64,000 nucleotides of DNA from Octopus sinensis (GCF_006345805.1 NC_043015.1:50902001-50966000), one strand, 5' to 3'. Shown: positions 1 through 13,146, counted from the stretch's first letter. The notes: generated from the letters alone by a model not told the origin. Translations and numbers: made by a program.

Positions 1-294
1 CACTACGATCATTTCATGACTGTTAATTTCTTTAAATTTTCAAGTCACAGTCATTCATCAGGTGGTTTAAATATCTAAAATATAATCAATATTTTTAAGA
101 TATAAATAATATATATAATATAATATAACAATTTTACTTATAATAAACTCTATTATCAAATATGATTATATCGAAATCGACTATAATGTTAAATATTAAC
201 TTTAATTTATATGTATATATATGTAAATATATATATATATATATGTATATATATGCATATATAATATATATATATATATAATATATATATATTA

Positions 295-330
<36 letters not shown>

Positions 331-371
331 GTACATATATGTATATACATATATGTATATATATGTATATA

Positions 372-449
<78 letters not shown>

Positions 450-1160
450 AGCTGTGTGACAGAGTGCCACACCCTAGCGGCTGAGGGAACCTGTGGAAGA
501 GGTAGACCCAGGAAGACCTGGGATGAAGTGGTGAAGTACGACCTTTGAAATTTAGGCCTCACCAAGGAAACAACTAGTGACCGAGACTTTTGGAAATTTG
601 CTGTGCTTGAGAAGATCCGGCAAGCCAAATAAGACCATAACCTCGTGGCCTATGCCAGGAGCATAACCAGCCCACTTATGCGTGCCTTTTCCTTCTTTGG
701 ACACTAAACTCTGCTTGCGAAGACCTGTTGAGGCAAGTGAAATCAAAATCAAAATCAAATTCAATGACTGGCATCCGTGCTAGTGGGGTGCAAAGAGCAC
801 CATACGAGTGTGATCGTTGTTAGAGTGGCAAACTGGCTTCCATGCCAGTGGCACATAAAAGGGCACCATTCGAGAGTGATCGTTACCAGCATCGCTTTAC
901 TGGCACCTGTACTGGTGACATGTGTAAAAAGATTCAAGCGAGGTCGTTGCCAGTGCCACCTGACTGGCCTCCGTGCCGGTGGCACGTAAAAAGCACCCAC
1001 TACACTCTCGGAGTGGTTGGCGTTAGGAAGGGCATCCAGCTGTGGAAACTCTGCCAGATCAAGATTGGAGCCTGGTGCAGCCATCTGGTTCGCCAGCCCT
1101 CAGTCAAAATCGTCCAACCCATGGAAAGCAGACGTTAAACAATGATGATGATGATGATGA
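450..1160 (+). mobile_element. RTE-clade LINE 3' fragment
   Basis: [32 protein letters not shown] followed by a 3'UTR and (GAT)n tail. Same family as 62114-63737. Confidence 0.85.
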
Positions 1161-1402
1161 TATATATATCATATATTATATATAGGGGGAGAATTCACAA
1201 AAAGCAACAGACGAAGATAGGTGGTGTAGACAACAAACAGATGTATTAGTATAATGCTCAGGAAGTGAAAAAAGTCTTTACATTTCGAGCCTATGCTCTT
1301 CCACAGAAAGGAACACGGAAAGAAAGTAAAATAATAAAATAATAAAAGAACAATATATTTCAAATGTAAAACAAATAACTTTATTTCTCTGTTATTTTGC
1401 AG

Positions 1403-1461
1403 ATGTGACAATTTCACTGGCATTATACTTTTCCACAGTCTGACTGGTGGCACAGGAGCAG
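1403..1461 (+). CDS. TUBZ: zeta-tubulin coding exon (first visible; N-terminal exons lie upstream of the window)
   Basis: ttttgcAG|A-TGT...GCA-G|GTaagg. Translates (R)CDNFTGIILFHSLTGGTGA(G), the tubulin signature loop. 59 nt, phase 2 to phase 1. Confidence 0.9.
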
Positions 1462-1993
1462 GTAAGGTGCTCTACATATATATGTGTGTTTGTGTGTGTG
1501 TATGCATCTCATTGTCTTGAGACATTGTGTGATAATTGTAAACAAGATTCACTGTCATACATGCAGTGTCATTTCTTTCCAGATGTGCAAATCTCTGTTC
1601 TCCTGATCTTCATTAATCTCATCATTTCCTCTACAGAATCTATGTAGTCCTTAGAAGGACATTCAGATTTACCAAGTGAAGATAATTACCGAGTCTAGTA
1701 AATTTCCACTAACTTGAGTTTCACCATCAATCGCTGTAGCCAGCTGGTATTGAGACCTGATATAAGAGGTAACATGGTAGCCACCAAGATTACATGTGCC
1801 TTGAAACCATTTTGGAGAATATTGTGCAGGAGTGGCTGTGTGGTAAGTAGCTTGCTTACCAACCACATGGTTCTGGGTTCAGTCCCACTGCATGGCACCT
1901 TGGGCGAGAGTCTTCTACTATAGCCTCGGGCCGACCAAAGCCTTGTGAGTGGATTTGGTAGATGGAAACTGAAAGAAGCTTGTCATATATATA

Positions 1994-2035
<42 letters not shown>

Positions 2036-3699
2036 CATCATCATCATTATCATTTAACGTCTGCTTTCCATGCTAGCATGGGTTGGACGATTTGACTGAG
2101 CTCTGGTGAACCAGATGGCTGCACCTGACTCCAATCTGATCTGACAGAGTTTAGTGTTTTTCAGGCATAGTGTATCTTTATCATTATCCAGCATGTCCTT
2201 TGCTGCTGCTGCTGCTGCTGCTGCTGATGATGGTGGTGGTGGTGGTGGTGGGGATGACTGTGATGACGATTTTGATGATGATGGTGATGATGATTGTGAT
2301 GATGATGGTGGTCTTGATGGTGGTGGTGGTGGTGCCCAGTGGCATTTCTGTCTGTCTTTACATTCTGAGTTCAAATTCTGCTAAGGTCGATTTTTGCCTT
2401 TTATCCTTTTGTGGGGGTTGATAAAATAAGAACCCAATTGAGCACTGAGGTTGATATAATCGACTTACCCACCTCCCAGGAAATTGCTGGCCTTGAGCCA
2501 AAATTTGAAATCAATATTTTTTAATTTGGTAAAGGTGTGACTTGAGGGAGATTTTGCTGCTATTTCTTGCAGGTTGGTCACACTTCCCCTTCATTGATTT
2601 GTTTGCCTGTTCATTACAAATTGTGACATGGAAATGATATTCACCAATAACAACCCCATTTGTCTTTGTCGGTTGGTATTTGTTGCGTAAGCCATAAATT
2701 TGTTATACAGTAACCCCTCAACTATTGCAGGTGTTATGTTCCAAAACCTCCCACGATAGGTGAAAATTCATAAACTGTACTGCATGTTTTTTTTTGTATT
2801 ATTTTCATAATTTGTATATACTCTTTTACTTGTTTCAGTCATTTGACTGCGGCCATGCTGGAGCACCGCCTTTTTAGTTGAGCAAATCGACCCTGGGACT
2901 TATTCTTTTGTAAGCCTAGTACTTATTCTATCGGTCTCTTTTGCTGAACCGCTAAGTTATGGGGACGTAAACACACCAACATCGTTTGTCAAGCGATGTT
3001 GGGGGGACAAACACAGACACACAAACATATATGACCGTGGTCGAGACTTTCATAGTCTTTTCAAATGGCTAATAATGTGTGCGCGCACCACTACTACACA
3101 CATTGGAAAGCATTGTACAACCAAGTACTAAAGAAGATCTTTCCTCCTCCATGAAACAAAGCTGTTCCCGCTGGACATCAACCCAGTATTTCTAAGCTAC
3201 GGACCGAGTGATTTATTGTAAGGTTATCTCCCTAGATAGATTGCCTTCACTACGGCTAAGGAGCCCTTTCTACCCCACACACATACATATATATATATAC
3301 ATATATACGATGGGCTTCTTTCAGTTTCCATCTACCAAAGCCACTCACAAGGCTTTGGTCGGCCCAAAGCTATAGTAGAAGACACTTGCCCAAGGTACCA
3401 CGCAGCGGGACTGAACCTGGAACCATGTGGTTGGTAAGCAAGCTACTTACCACAGCCACTGAAATGCAAAATAACCCAACCCACTCGCCTCCCGAGTTTC
3501 GTTTTCCATACACTATGTGCAATTCTTTGTTTACTCATCTATGCTACACTATGCATTTTCTTTTAATATATTTTAATTAATGTTATACAGCATTGTACTG
3601 TATTCTTATTTATTAATTTTTAGGTATGGAAATGCTTATCTTGCCACAATCTAAAAAATATAAATACCTATCAGCTGCAGAAACCATCGTACAAACAAT

Positions 3700-4068
3700 A
3701 ACTCTGAGCACCTTTTCAAACTCCACCCATCTAACACCCGTGGACATATTTACAAAGTCAGAAAACAGCACAGCTCCCATGACTTCAGGAAACCTTTTTC
3801 CATGCTGAGAGTTGCTGAAGCATGGAAAAAACTGCCGGCATCAGTTGTTAGTTGTCGGAGCACTGCATCCTTCAAAACTTCCATGCTTTCTGAGATTCGC
3901 CAACACTACACCTGATTTTCTCCCCTCCATACACACACAGGCATGTATCTGACTCATACATTGTTCGCTTCCCAGACATCTTTACATTACTGCATGTACT
4001 TTATATGCACTTTCTGACAAGTTGTGGTGCACCTGAGCACTGTATACAATAATTTCATTATTATTATT
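3700..4068 (+). mobile_element. CR1-group LINE 3' end
   Basis: HPSNTRGHIYKVRK...LRVAEAWKKLPASVVSCRSTASFKTSM, then 3'UTR and (ATT)n tail. Related copies at 16215-16612 and about 26440-26520. Confidence 0.75.
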
Positions 4069-4196
4069 AAACCCGCGATATACTGCAGAGTCTGCGTGGC
4101 AGAAGTATAAGCACACTGGGCAAAATGCTTAGTAGCATTTCATCTGTTCTGTGTTCAAATTCTACCTAGATCGACTTTACTTTCCATCCTTTTGTA

Positions 4197-4410
4197 GAGG
4201 CGCAATGGCCTAGTGGTTAGGGCAGCGGACTCGCGGTCGCAGGATAGCGGTTTCGATTCTCAGACCGGGCGTTGTGTGTGTTTATTGAGCGAAAACACCT
4301 AAAAGCTCTACGAGGCTCCGGCAGGGGGTGGTGATCCCTGCTGTACTCTTTCACCACAATGGCGGTGCCCCAGCATGGCCACAGCTCAAGAGCTGAAACT
4401 GGAAAAACAA
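4197..4410 (+). mobile_element. tRNA-derived SINE, family B (GGAGGCGCAATGGCCCAGTGGTTAGGGCAGCGGACTCGCGG head)
   Basis: A/B-box-like head. Other copies at 35601-35985 (+), 48300-48597 (+), about 31000-31295 and 31320-31590 (-), and 29360-29400. Confidence 0.75.
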
Positions 4411-4679
4411 AAACAAAAACAAAAATATATATTATTCAGAAAAATCCGCAGTGTACTGGGGGTACGATAGGTGAACCGCGATATGATGAGGGATTGCTAT
4501 ATTTTCATCATTGGTGGATCTGATAAGACTGACCTTCATCGTTGTCACCACCACCACCACCACCACCACCGCACCATTATTATCATCGTCATCAGCGTCA
4601 CAATCACCACCACCATCACCACCACTACCATCACCACCACTGCTGCACCATTATTATCGTCATCATCATTGTCACTATC

Positions 4680-4711
<32 letters not shown>

Positions 4712-4776
4712 CAATAACTAAGAACCTTATTTGAACTTTAATCCATCTAAGTCTCCCTGTTTGTGTTTTGTTGCAG

Positions 4777-4918
4777 GGTTTGGCTCCCTTGTGGTGGAAC
4801 ACTTACGTGAGGCTTACCCCACCTCTTATATATTGTCCTGTGCCATTGCTCCCTTTGCCAGTGGAGAGAGCCCTTTGCAACATTATAACAGTATGCTGTC
4901 CCTGTCATGGTTACACAG
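4777..4918 (+). CDS. TUBZ: zeta-tubulin coding exon
   Basis: ttgcAG|...CACAG|GTaagt. (G)FGSLVVEHLREAYPTSYILSCAIAPFASGESPLQHYNSMLSLSWLH(R). GESPLQHYN..LSWL is the zeta/eta-tubulin form of this segment (delta has GEVIVQNYN). 142 nt, phases fit both neighbours. Confidence 0.93.
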
Positions 4919-5485
4919 GTAAGTGAAGATGGCCATTTTTCTCTGCCTGTCTGAATGTTTCCACAGAAACTGTTTGGGTTACTGGACTTTATATAAGAAG
5001 CTTTATGGGCATAACTACAGATTCCTGCCCCACTGACTTTGGATGATCATAACTTTCAGAAAAATGGATATTTTTTAATGAAATTTTCTACGAATATGTG
5101 TTATATCATGTAGATTCCGAATATACAAAACGTTTTGGGGAAAGTGTTTTAGAAGGCGATGAGGTGGGGAATTTCGGAAAATTCACCAATACACACATGC
5201 ACATATATGCATACATACACACACAAACACACACACACACTCACACACACATACACACACAAACACACACACACATGCTCTCTCACACACATACACACAC
5301 ACTCTCACACACACCCACACACACATGCTCTCACACACATACACACACAAACACACACACACACACACACACATGCATGCACATACACAAACACAAACAT
5401 ACATAAAACACACAAACAAACACACACACACACACACACACACATACACTCACACATGCATAACATTGTTTATTTCATTCTATAG

Positions 5486-5656
5486 GTTTGCTGATGGAAT
5501 AGTCATGCTTCCTAACGATGCCTTTCACCAGACATCGCTTCAGGAAAATGGTAAAATAACAAATGGCACGAAGCTCCCTGTTTGGGACATAAACCATTCG
5601 ATGAGTCAAGCCTTGGCTGGAGTTCTCTACCTTACCGACAGTCTTTTATTTGAGAG
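5486..5656 (+). CDS. TUBZ: zeta-tubulin coding exon
   Basis: tatAG|G...GAGAG|GTacgt. (R)FADGIVMLPNDAFHQTSLQENGKITNGTKLPVWDINHSMSQALAGVLYLTDSLLFE(R). Contains the tubulin 'D...ND' and 'N..(I)A..LAG' motifs. 171 nt. Confidence 0.9.
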
Positions 5657-5675
5657 GTACGTATATATTTTCAGT

Positions 5676-5995
5676 GAGGGCACGTGGCTTAGTGGTTAGG
5701 GCATTCGGCTCATGATCGTAAGGTTGTGAGTTCGATTCCCGGCGACGCGTTGTGTCCTTGAGCAAGACACTTTATTTCACGTTGCTCCAGTCCACTCAGC
5801 TGGCAAAAATGAGTTGTACTTGTATTTCAAAGGGTCAGCCTTGTCACTCTCTGTGTCACGCTGATTATCCCCGAGAACTACATTAAGGGTACACGTGTCT
5901 GTGGAATGCTCAGCCATTTGCACGTTAATTTCACGAGCAAGCTGTTCCGTTGATCGTATCAGCTGGGACCCTTGTCGTCGTAACCGGCGGAGTCT
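5676..5995 (+). mobile_element. tRNA-derived CORE-like SINE, family D
   Basis: GAGGGCACGTGGCTTAGTGGTTAGGG...GTTCGATTCCC...CCTTGAGCAAGACAC. Copies at about 7600-7770, 27958-28205, 33700-33990 (-) and 41785-41955. Confidence 0.72.
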
Positions 5996-6139
5996 TTTTT
6001 TTATATATTTTCAAACTGTTCTACCAACACTCTTCGATCTAAAAAATAAGCCCCCGGGACATTACTGTCTTGAGCCCTGAAACCCATAGCGTCAAGTACC
6101 TGGTTTCCATCTCATAGAAATGACCAGGATTTAAGGTGG

Positions 6140-6380
6140 TGAACTGGCAGAAGCGTTAGCACGCCGGACGAAATGCTTAGCGATATTTTGTCTGCCGCTA
6201 CATTCTGAGTTCAAATTCCACCGAGGTCAACTTTGCTTTCCATCCTTTCAGGGTTGATAAATTAAGTACCAGTTACGCACTGGGGGTCGATGTAATTAAC
6301 TTAATCCCTTTGTCTGTCCTTGTTTGTCCCCTCTATGTTTAGCCCCTTGTGGGCAATAAAGAAATAGGTATTTTGTCTGG
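6140..6380 (+). mobile_element. tRNA-derived SINE, family C (GGCGAGCTGGCAGAA...GGTCGACTTTGCCTTTCATCCTTTCGGGGTCGATAAA)
   Basis: Recurrent element, also at about 12778-13010, 22255-22430, 38080-38275, 45810-45985, 54795-55281, 58268-58485 and 63738-63942. Confidence 0.75.
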
Positions 6381-6602
6381 GATTGCAAGATTCCCTTGAA
6401 GGGAATGCCAGTCCATCAGAGGATTAGCCCTTTACAGCTGAACTGACTGGAGTAACGTGAAATGAAGTGTCTTGCTCAAGAATGCAATGCACCACCCAAT
6501 CCAATAATTGAAACCGCAATCTTGTGATTGGTAGTCAATTCTCTAACCACTGTGTTACATGTTATTTCAAAAATGATTATATATTATTTTCAAATTGTGC
6601 TA

Positions 6603-6965
6603 TTAGAAAAGAATGGATGGGAGGCAATGTGCCTTCCTGTAGAGATAGGTATCAGAGAATTTTCTGGAACCATATTTCACTCAATATGCAAGAGTCTTAG
6701 ACTAGCTGCAAAGGAAACAAAAGAAGCTGCTAGAAAATTGTCAGAAGCTGCTGAGAAAGCAAGTCATTACATCTAGCTCAAGAGAAAAAGTATTGAGGAG
6801 GACAGAAACATCTGGTCCAGAGTCACGATGTTTAACTCAACAAAGCTCATACTGTTGTGTTTGAGTCTTATCACCTACATCAATTGACAGACCCTGGTAG
6901 GTCTGGTGTTGCAGTGAAAAGGGCCAAAACTCCCAAAGAGCTGCTTCACCGCCTGATGAAACATC
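6603..6965 (+). mobile_element. HERO-like (restriction-like endonuclease) non-LTR retrotransposon 3' fragment
   Basis: GWEAMCLPVEIGIREF...AARKLSEAAEKASHYI*LKR resembles the HERO C-terminal GW...C.PVEVGCRGF...EAAEKASRWLW..R. Confidence 0.6.
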
Positions 6966-8090
6966 AACTCCTGTATTTAGAGTTGGTGTGCAACAATACT
7001 CTCAACACACGAGTGTTTGCCCTAAACGTTTTGAAAGCTATCCTTTATTATGTGCCCATGTGTAGTTTATATTATGTTGCTGTTACTGAGCTCTGTTGAT
7101 GGTGAAGGTATACAGGGTGAGTCTAGCTCTCAATAAATACTGTGGGAAGCGGTAGAAGGTAACATTTCTATATGGTAACATATCAGAAAATGAATGGAGT
7201 TATTGAGATGTAATAATTTATTGTTATTAAAACTGTTAACATATTTTGTTTGATTTAAAATTAATATCTTCAATTTGTGAGTCTCCTTTCTCGAGGAGTT
7301 TTAAAGCATGACTTGGCAAATTGAGAAATCAATGTCGTTATTATTATATTAATCAATATCGTTAATATAAAGAAATCAATATTGCTATTCATTTATTAAT
7401 GGCTAGTCGTGCTGCAGAATCAAGAATCAAACCAATTTATAAAACCATTCCTCTATAAATGGTAAGAAACCATTATCATGGTTGACTTCCGAAATGACAA
7501 CAACCTCTGGATATGTGGTGCTGTTTTTCAAAATTTTCCATTGTCCAAGAAGTTTCTTTTTTAAAATGTGTTTATCACATAAATAAAGTGGTTACGGTGA
7601 GGGCACATGGCTTAGTGGTTTGAGTTTTCAGCTCACAATCATAAGGTTGTGAGTTCAATACCCTGCAGTGTTTTGTCCTTATGTAAGACACTTTACTTCA
7701 CTTTATATCACATTGCTCCAGTCCACTCAGCTGACAAAAGCAAGTTATATCAAGGAGCCAACCTTGTCACATTCTGTATCTTTATCCTTTTCTACTCTAG
7801 GCACAAGGCCTGAAATTTTTGGGGAGGGGGAAGTCAATTAGATCAACCCCAGTACACAACTGGTACTTAATTTATCACCCCGAAAGGATGAAAGGTAAAG
7901 TCGATCTCATATCTGTTAAATACTCTTTTCTACACTTAGCAGTTTGGCAAAAGAGACCAATAGAATAAGTACTAGGCTTACAAAGAATAAGTCCTGGGGT
8001 CATTTTGCTCGACTAAAGGCAATGCTCCAGCATGGACACAGTCAAATGACTGAAACTAGTAAAAGAATAAAAGAATATGTGCGCACAATA

Positions 8091-8512
8091 GGCGTAGGAG
8101 TGGCTGTGTGGTAAGTAGCTTGCTTACGAACCACATGGTTCCAGGTTCAGTCCCACTGCATGGCACCTTGGGCAAGTGCCTTCTACTATAGCCTCGAGCC
8201 AATCAAAGCCTTGTGAGTGGATTTGGTAGATGGAAACTGTAAGAAGGCCATTGTATATAAATATAATATATATATATATATATGTATGTGTGTCTGTATT
8301 TGTCTGTCCCCTCAACATTGCTTGACAACCGATGCTGGTGTGTTTACGTCCCCGTAACTTAGTGGTTCGGCAAAAGTGACCGATAGAATAAGTACTAGGC
8401 TTACAAAGAATAAGTCCTGGGGGTCGATTTGCTCGACTAAAAGGCAGTGCTCCAACATGGCCACAGTCAAATGACTGAAACAAATAAAAGAGTAAAAGTA
8501 AAAGAGTAAAAG
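8091..8512 (+). mobile_element. CORE-type tRNA-derived SINE, family A (most abundant)
   Basis: GGCGCAGGAGTGGCTGTGTGGTAAG...CACCTTGGGCAAGT (CORE hallmark), internal (AT)/(GT) microsatellite, tail ...CAGCATGGCCACAGTCAAATGACTGAAAC. Confidence 0.85.
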
Positions 8513-8758
8513 ACACAATGGGCTTCCTTCAGTTTCTATCTACCAAATTCACTCACAAGGCTTTGGTCAGCCTGAAGCTGTATAGTAGAAGATAATACTT
8601 GCCCAAGGTTCTACACCGTGGGATTGAACCAGGAACCACGTGGTTAAGAAGGAAGCTTCTTACCACACAGCTACACCTGAACCTATAATTATACCTGTGC
8701 CAATAATTACATCTGTCTACCTGTTTCATCACACGATATACACTTCCTAATTTTGCAG

Positions 8759-8854
8759 GGGTTACAGCCTTGGCAGTGAACCCTGGTACCTCCTGAAAAC
8801 CTTGTGCTCCAGACCTGACACGAAGATTATATCACTGACTCACAAACGGCTCCG
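8759..8854 (+). CDS. TUBZ: zeta-tubulin coding exon
   Basis: ttttgcAG|G...CTCCG|GTacgt. (R)GYSLGSEPWYLLKTLCSRPDTKIISLTHKRL(R). Matches the zeta-type 'G.EPW.L...LCP' segment. 96 nt, phase 2-2. Confidence 0.85.
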
Positions 8855-9069
8855 GTACGTAGACGTGTGGAAATTGGTTATTATTCCAACAATGGAATCT
8901 GTTAATGGAACTGGTCTCATTTCTTTCTTTTGCTCTGTGTGTGTGTATGTGCGTGCGTCTTTTAATAGTTTAGCAAGTAGGTAGGTGGATTAGAGAGAGG
9001 TGCCGTGAATGAATTCTGTTAACATATCTTTGCATAGAATAAAATAGTCTCAGACAGGAATGTTGTAAT

Positions 9070-9800
9070 CTTTGTCGCCGTCGTTGTCGTTGTGGTCATC
9101 ATCGTCATCATCACTATCATCATCATTGTCGTCACTATTGTTGCCACTGCCACCACCACTACCATGGCTACCAATACTACCATCACCACTACTCCACTGC
9201 TACCATCATCACCTCCTCCTCCTCCTCCTCTTCCTCCTCTTCCTCTTCCTCCTCTTCCTCTTCCTCCTCTTCGTCCTCCTCTTCCTCTTCCTCCTCCTCT
9301 TCTTCCTCCTCCTCCTCTTCCTCTTCCTCCTCCTCCTCTTCGTCCTCCTCTTCGTCCTCGTCCTCCTCTTCCTCCTCTTCCTCTCCTCCTCCTCTTCCTC
9401 CTCCTCCTCCTCTTCGTCCTCGTCCTCCTCTTCCTCCTCGTCCTCCTCCTCCTCCTCCGTCGCCACCACCAACACCAGTACAATCATCATCTTGATCATC
9501 ATTATCATTGTCGTCATCACCATAATCATGATCATCATGATCAGCATCTTCATCGTCATCATCTCATCACCACTGATGCTACCACTTTGATTATCACACC
9601 ACCACCACTGCTGCCGTTGCAGTCACCACCACCGCCACCACTGTTGCCGCCACCGTTGCCACCACCACAACCACCACCACCACCACCACTACCACTGCCA
9701 TCACCATTATCACTACCACCACCATCTTTAACATTCACTGATGCCACCACCTTCATCACCTCAGCATCATCACCCCTATCAACCTCTCACTCCCACCCAC
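9070..9800. repeat. compound triplet microsatellite (CAT/CCT/CAC)n
   Basis: Visible simple repeats that generate spurious poly-P/poly-R ORFs. Comparable tracts at 18130-18411, 27340-27560, 29920-30440, 31880-32205 and 50555-50970. Confidence 0.95.
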
Positions 9801-9845
9801 CCCACTCACCTACCTCTATACTATTTCCTATTTTAAATTTTCCAG

Positions 9846-9909
9846 ACATTCATGGGAGCAGAGTCTGACCTCAGTAACAAGATTATTCTCGGCAGCAGAC
9901 AAGAAGTTT
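9846..9909 (+). CDS. TUBZ: zeta-tubulin coding exon ending at a U12 AT-AC donor
   Basis: tttccAG|A-CAT...AAG-TTT|ATATCCTTTT. (R)HSWEQSLTSVTRLFSAADKKF. 64 nt, phase 2 to phase 0. Confidence 0.85.
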
Positions 9910-11539
9910 ATATCCTTTTGCTCTTTGTTTATTTCCATTTGTGATGTTGTACTTTCACTGATTGCTTCTGCTACTGTTGCTATTGGTAAATGGAAACTGA
10001 AAGAAGCCTGTCGTATGTGTGTGTTAGTGTCTTGTTGTCTTTACATTGCAAAGCAGTTTCCATTCTTCTTCGTTTGCAGTCTTCTTGGCAAATATGTCTG
10101 GCCATGGGGAAATATGGACAGGAAGGGTTGGTGACAGGGAGAGGGTCCAACTGTAGAAAATTTATGTCATTTAATTCTGTGTGAGCCATGGAAAAATGAA
10201 CATCAAAATGATGATGATGATGATGTTGATGATGATGATGATGTTGATGATGATGATGATATATATATATATATAGGCATAGGAGTGGCTGTGTGGTAAG
10301 TAGCTTGCTTATAAACCACATGGTTCCGGGTTCAGTCCCACTGTGTGGCACCTTCGGCAAGTGTCTTCTACTATAGCCTCGGGCCGACCAAAGCCTTGTG
10401 TGTGGATTTGGTAGACGGAAACTGAAAGAAGCCCGTCGTATATATGTATACATATATATATGTTTGTGTGTGTGTATGTTTATGTGTCTGTGTTTGTCCC
10501 CGCAACATCGCTTGACAACCAATGCTGGTGTGTTTACGTCCCCGTAACATAGCAGTTCGGCAAAAGAGACCGATAGAATAAGTACTAGGCTTACAAAGAA
10601 TAAGTCCTGGGGTCGATTTGCTCGACTAAAGGCGGTGCTCCAGCATGGCCACAGTCAAATGACTGAAACAAGTAAAAGAGTAAAAGAGTAAAAAGAATAT
10701 ATATACATATATATATATATATTTATATATGTATGTATATATGAAGATATCTATACGTATAATGAAGAAGTAAATGGTATAGTTTTCCACTTTATACACC
10801 ACAACTAATTAGTGTTCTAATGGAGCTTCAGGAATATAAAATTAAGAAAGAGAGAAACAAATTTCAAAGACTTGCATTCATATTCATTCGATCCAATACA
10901 TAGATGCGTTCACATATCTGAGACATGATAAAAATTCATTAGAGTTTATAAATATTTGAATAGACGAAGATTTTTATATCTATATAAAAATTCATAAATA
11001 TATTAAAAATTTATAAATTTATAAAAACTGATAAACATAAAAACATATGAATATAAATACATAGATGTACTTGCGAAGTTGAATGTCCGTATTAGAGGGT
11101 GGCTGAGGAGGGTAGATGAAGAAGTTAGTATAAAATGATTTAAGAGGAATCTTGATAAAGTGCAAAGCAATTATCTATATTTCTCTCATCAGAGTTAAAA
11201 GATAAATTTTAAGAGACATGAAAGATGTGAGATTTTTTAAAAAAAACGAATGCGTTGTTGGACCATACTGTTCATGTGGATGACATAATTAGAATTAAAA
11301 TTACATGTTAAGATAATTAATTGAATATGTATATATATATATTCAATTAATTCACCATGATAGATTGCTAGCCGCTAAACCTTTTTCTATTTTCTCTCTC
11401 TGTCTATTTCTGTGTTCCTTTCTGTTGAAGAGCGTAGGCTCAAAATGTAAAAGACTTTCTCATTTCCCAAGCATTAAACTAATACATCTGTTTGTTGTTT
11501 ATACACCCCTCTTTGTCTTTTGTTTTTTTTAATAAATTT

Positions 11540-11585
<46 letters not shown>

Positions 11586-11703
11586 CGTATATTTGCCATT
11601 TGAATATGGCTAACCCCTTAGGGGTTAGCCATATTCAAATGGCAAATATACATCACGATGTGTTGCCGCTACTGTTTATAACTCGCTCTGAGATTTATCA
11701 TTG

Positions 11704-11779
<76 letters not shown>

Positions 11780-11899
11780 TATATCATTATCATCATCGTT
11801 TAGCATCCGCTTTCCATGCTAGCATGGGTTGGACGATTTGACTGAGGTCTAGTGAACCAGATGGCTGCATCAGACTCCAATCTGAGTCTGGTGCAGCCA

Positions 11900-11951
<52 letters not shown>

Positions 11952-13146
11952 ATATATATATGTGTGTGTATAAACGTATGCATGTATGTATATGTTAATG
12001 CAAGTGAAACAATTGTTGGATTTTTAAGATGACATCTAAAATAAAGATAAGATTTTCTTTGTACATATCCTTGATTGTTGTTAATACTCTGAATTTCTTA
12101 AAATTTTGCATAAGGATTGTTGTATTTACCTGTCATACATGAGGATTTACCTGAGATTTCTATTCTCCAGACATTTACTGGTATCTACTTGTTGGAAATT
12201 CAACCTTATTCCTTCATACTGAGTGCTTACTTGATATCTGCCAAATTTCTTTAAGCCTATTTTTTCTTCCCTCTCTCTCTCTCTCCATACACACACAAAT
12301 ACACACACACACACACACACTCACACACACATATGAAGAGTTTCTGTCAACCAAATCAACTCACAAGATTTTGGTTGTTCCAGGGTTTATAGAAAAAGAT
12401 ACTTAGCCAAGGTACCACACATTGGAACTGAACCTGAAACCATGCAGTTGTAAAACAAACTTCTTAACCACACAGCCAAGCTTTTGTCTTCTTTAGAAAC
12501 CCATTATATTCCTGTCTAAATTTCTTCACCATTATTAAAGCCTAGAGATTTCTTATTTCCCAATTAATATATTTGGTTTAAAATCTCCACAAAATCTTCG
12601 CAATAAACCAATCTATTCTCATTTACATTTATATTATATTTCATGTTGCGGTTCAAGTTGGTTTTGCTTTTTCTGGTGTCTGGTATTTTTCTTCTTTTTT
12701 TATGTTACTGTTATTGCGTTATAAAATATTTTTGTTACCAAAACAATACAGGCACAGGTGTGGTTGTGTGGTAAGGGCAGCAAGCTGGCAGAAACATTAG
12801 CATGCTGGGAGAAATGCTTAGCGGTATTTCATCTGCCGTTACATTCTGAGTTCAAATTCCGCCGAGGACGACTTTGCCTTTCATCCTCTTGGGGGTCAAT
12901 AAATTAAGTGCCAGTTAGATACTGGGATTGATGTAATCGACTTAATACCTTTGTCTGTTCTTGTTTGTCCCCTCTATGTTCAGCCCCTTGTGGGCAATAA
13001 AGAAATAAGAGGCTTACTTCCCAACCACACGGTTCTGGGTTCAGTCCCACTGCATGGTACCTTGGGTAAGCATCTTCTGCTAATAGCCTTAGGCCAACTA
13101 AAGCTTTGTGAGTAGATTTGGTAGACAGAAACTGAAAGAAGCCCAT

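Larger units (their letters stand above)
2708..4499. mobile_element. old Tigger/pogo-like element split by nested insertions
   Basis: TA|CAGTAACCCCTC... left end. The right end ...GAGGGATTGCTA|TA is its degenerate inverted repeat. Confidence 0.45.

Noticed and set aside
134-628. Long YIYI/HTHT ORFs (also 24638-25385, 39952-40574, 46247-46640, 53366-53706)
   Set aside because: They are translations of (AT)n and (CA)n microsatellites, with no splice or homology support.
3626-3808. ORF after a tttttAG, considered as a tubulin exon
   Set aside because: The tubulin frame joins 1461 to 4777 directly, and another frame here is a CR1 LINE C-terminus.
9019-9868. Poly-Pro/Arg/Glu ORFs up to 258 aa (also 18081-18497, 29810-30505, 31769-32253, 50243-51027)
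   Set aside because: Stop-free triplet repeats open in several frames at once, and lie in introns or intergenic DNA.
10790-11330. Possible very old LINE coding remnant
   Set aside because: Too degenerate, with no diagnostic motif readable.
12065-12072. Second ATATCCTT inside the U12 intron
   Set aside because: No open, homologous exon lies upstream of it, whereas the 9910 site gives the correct in-frame join.
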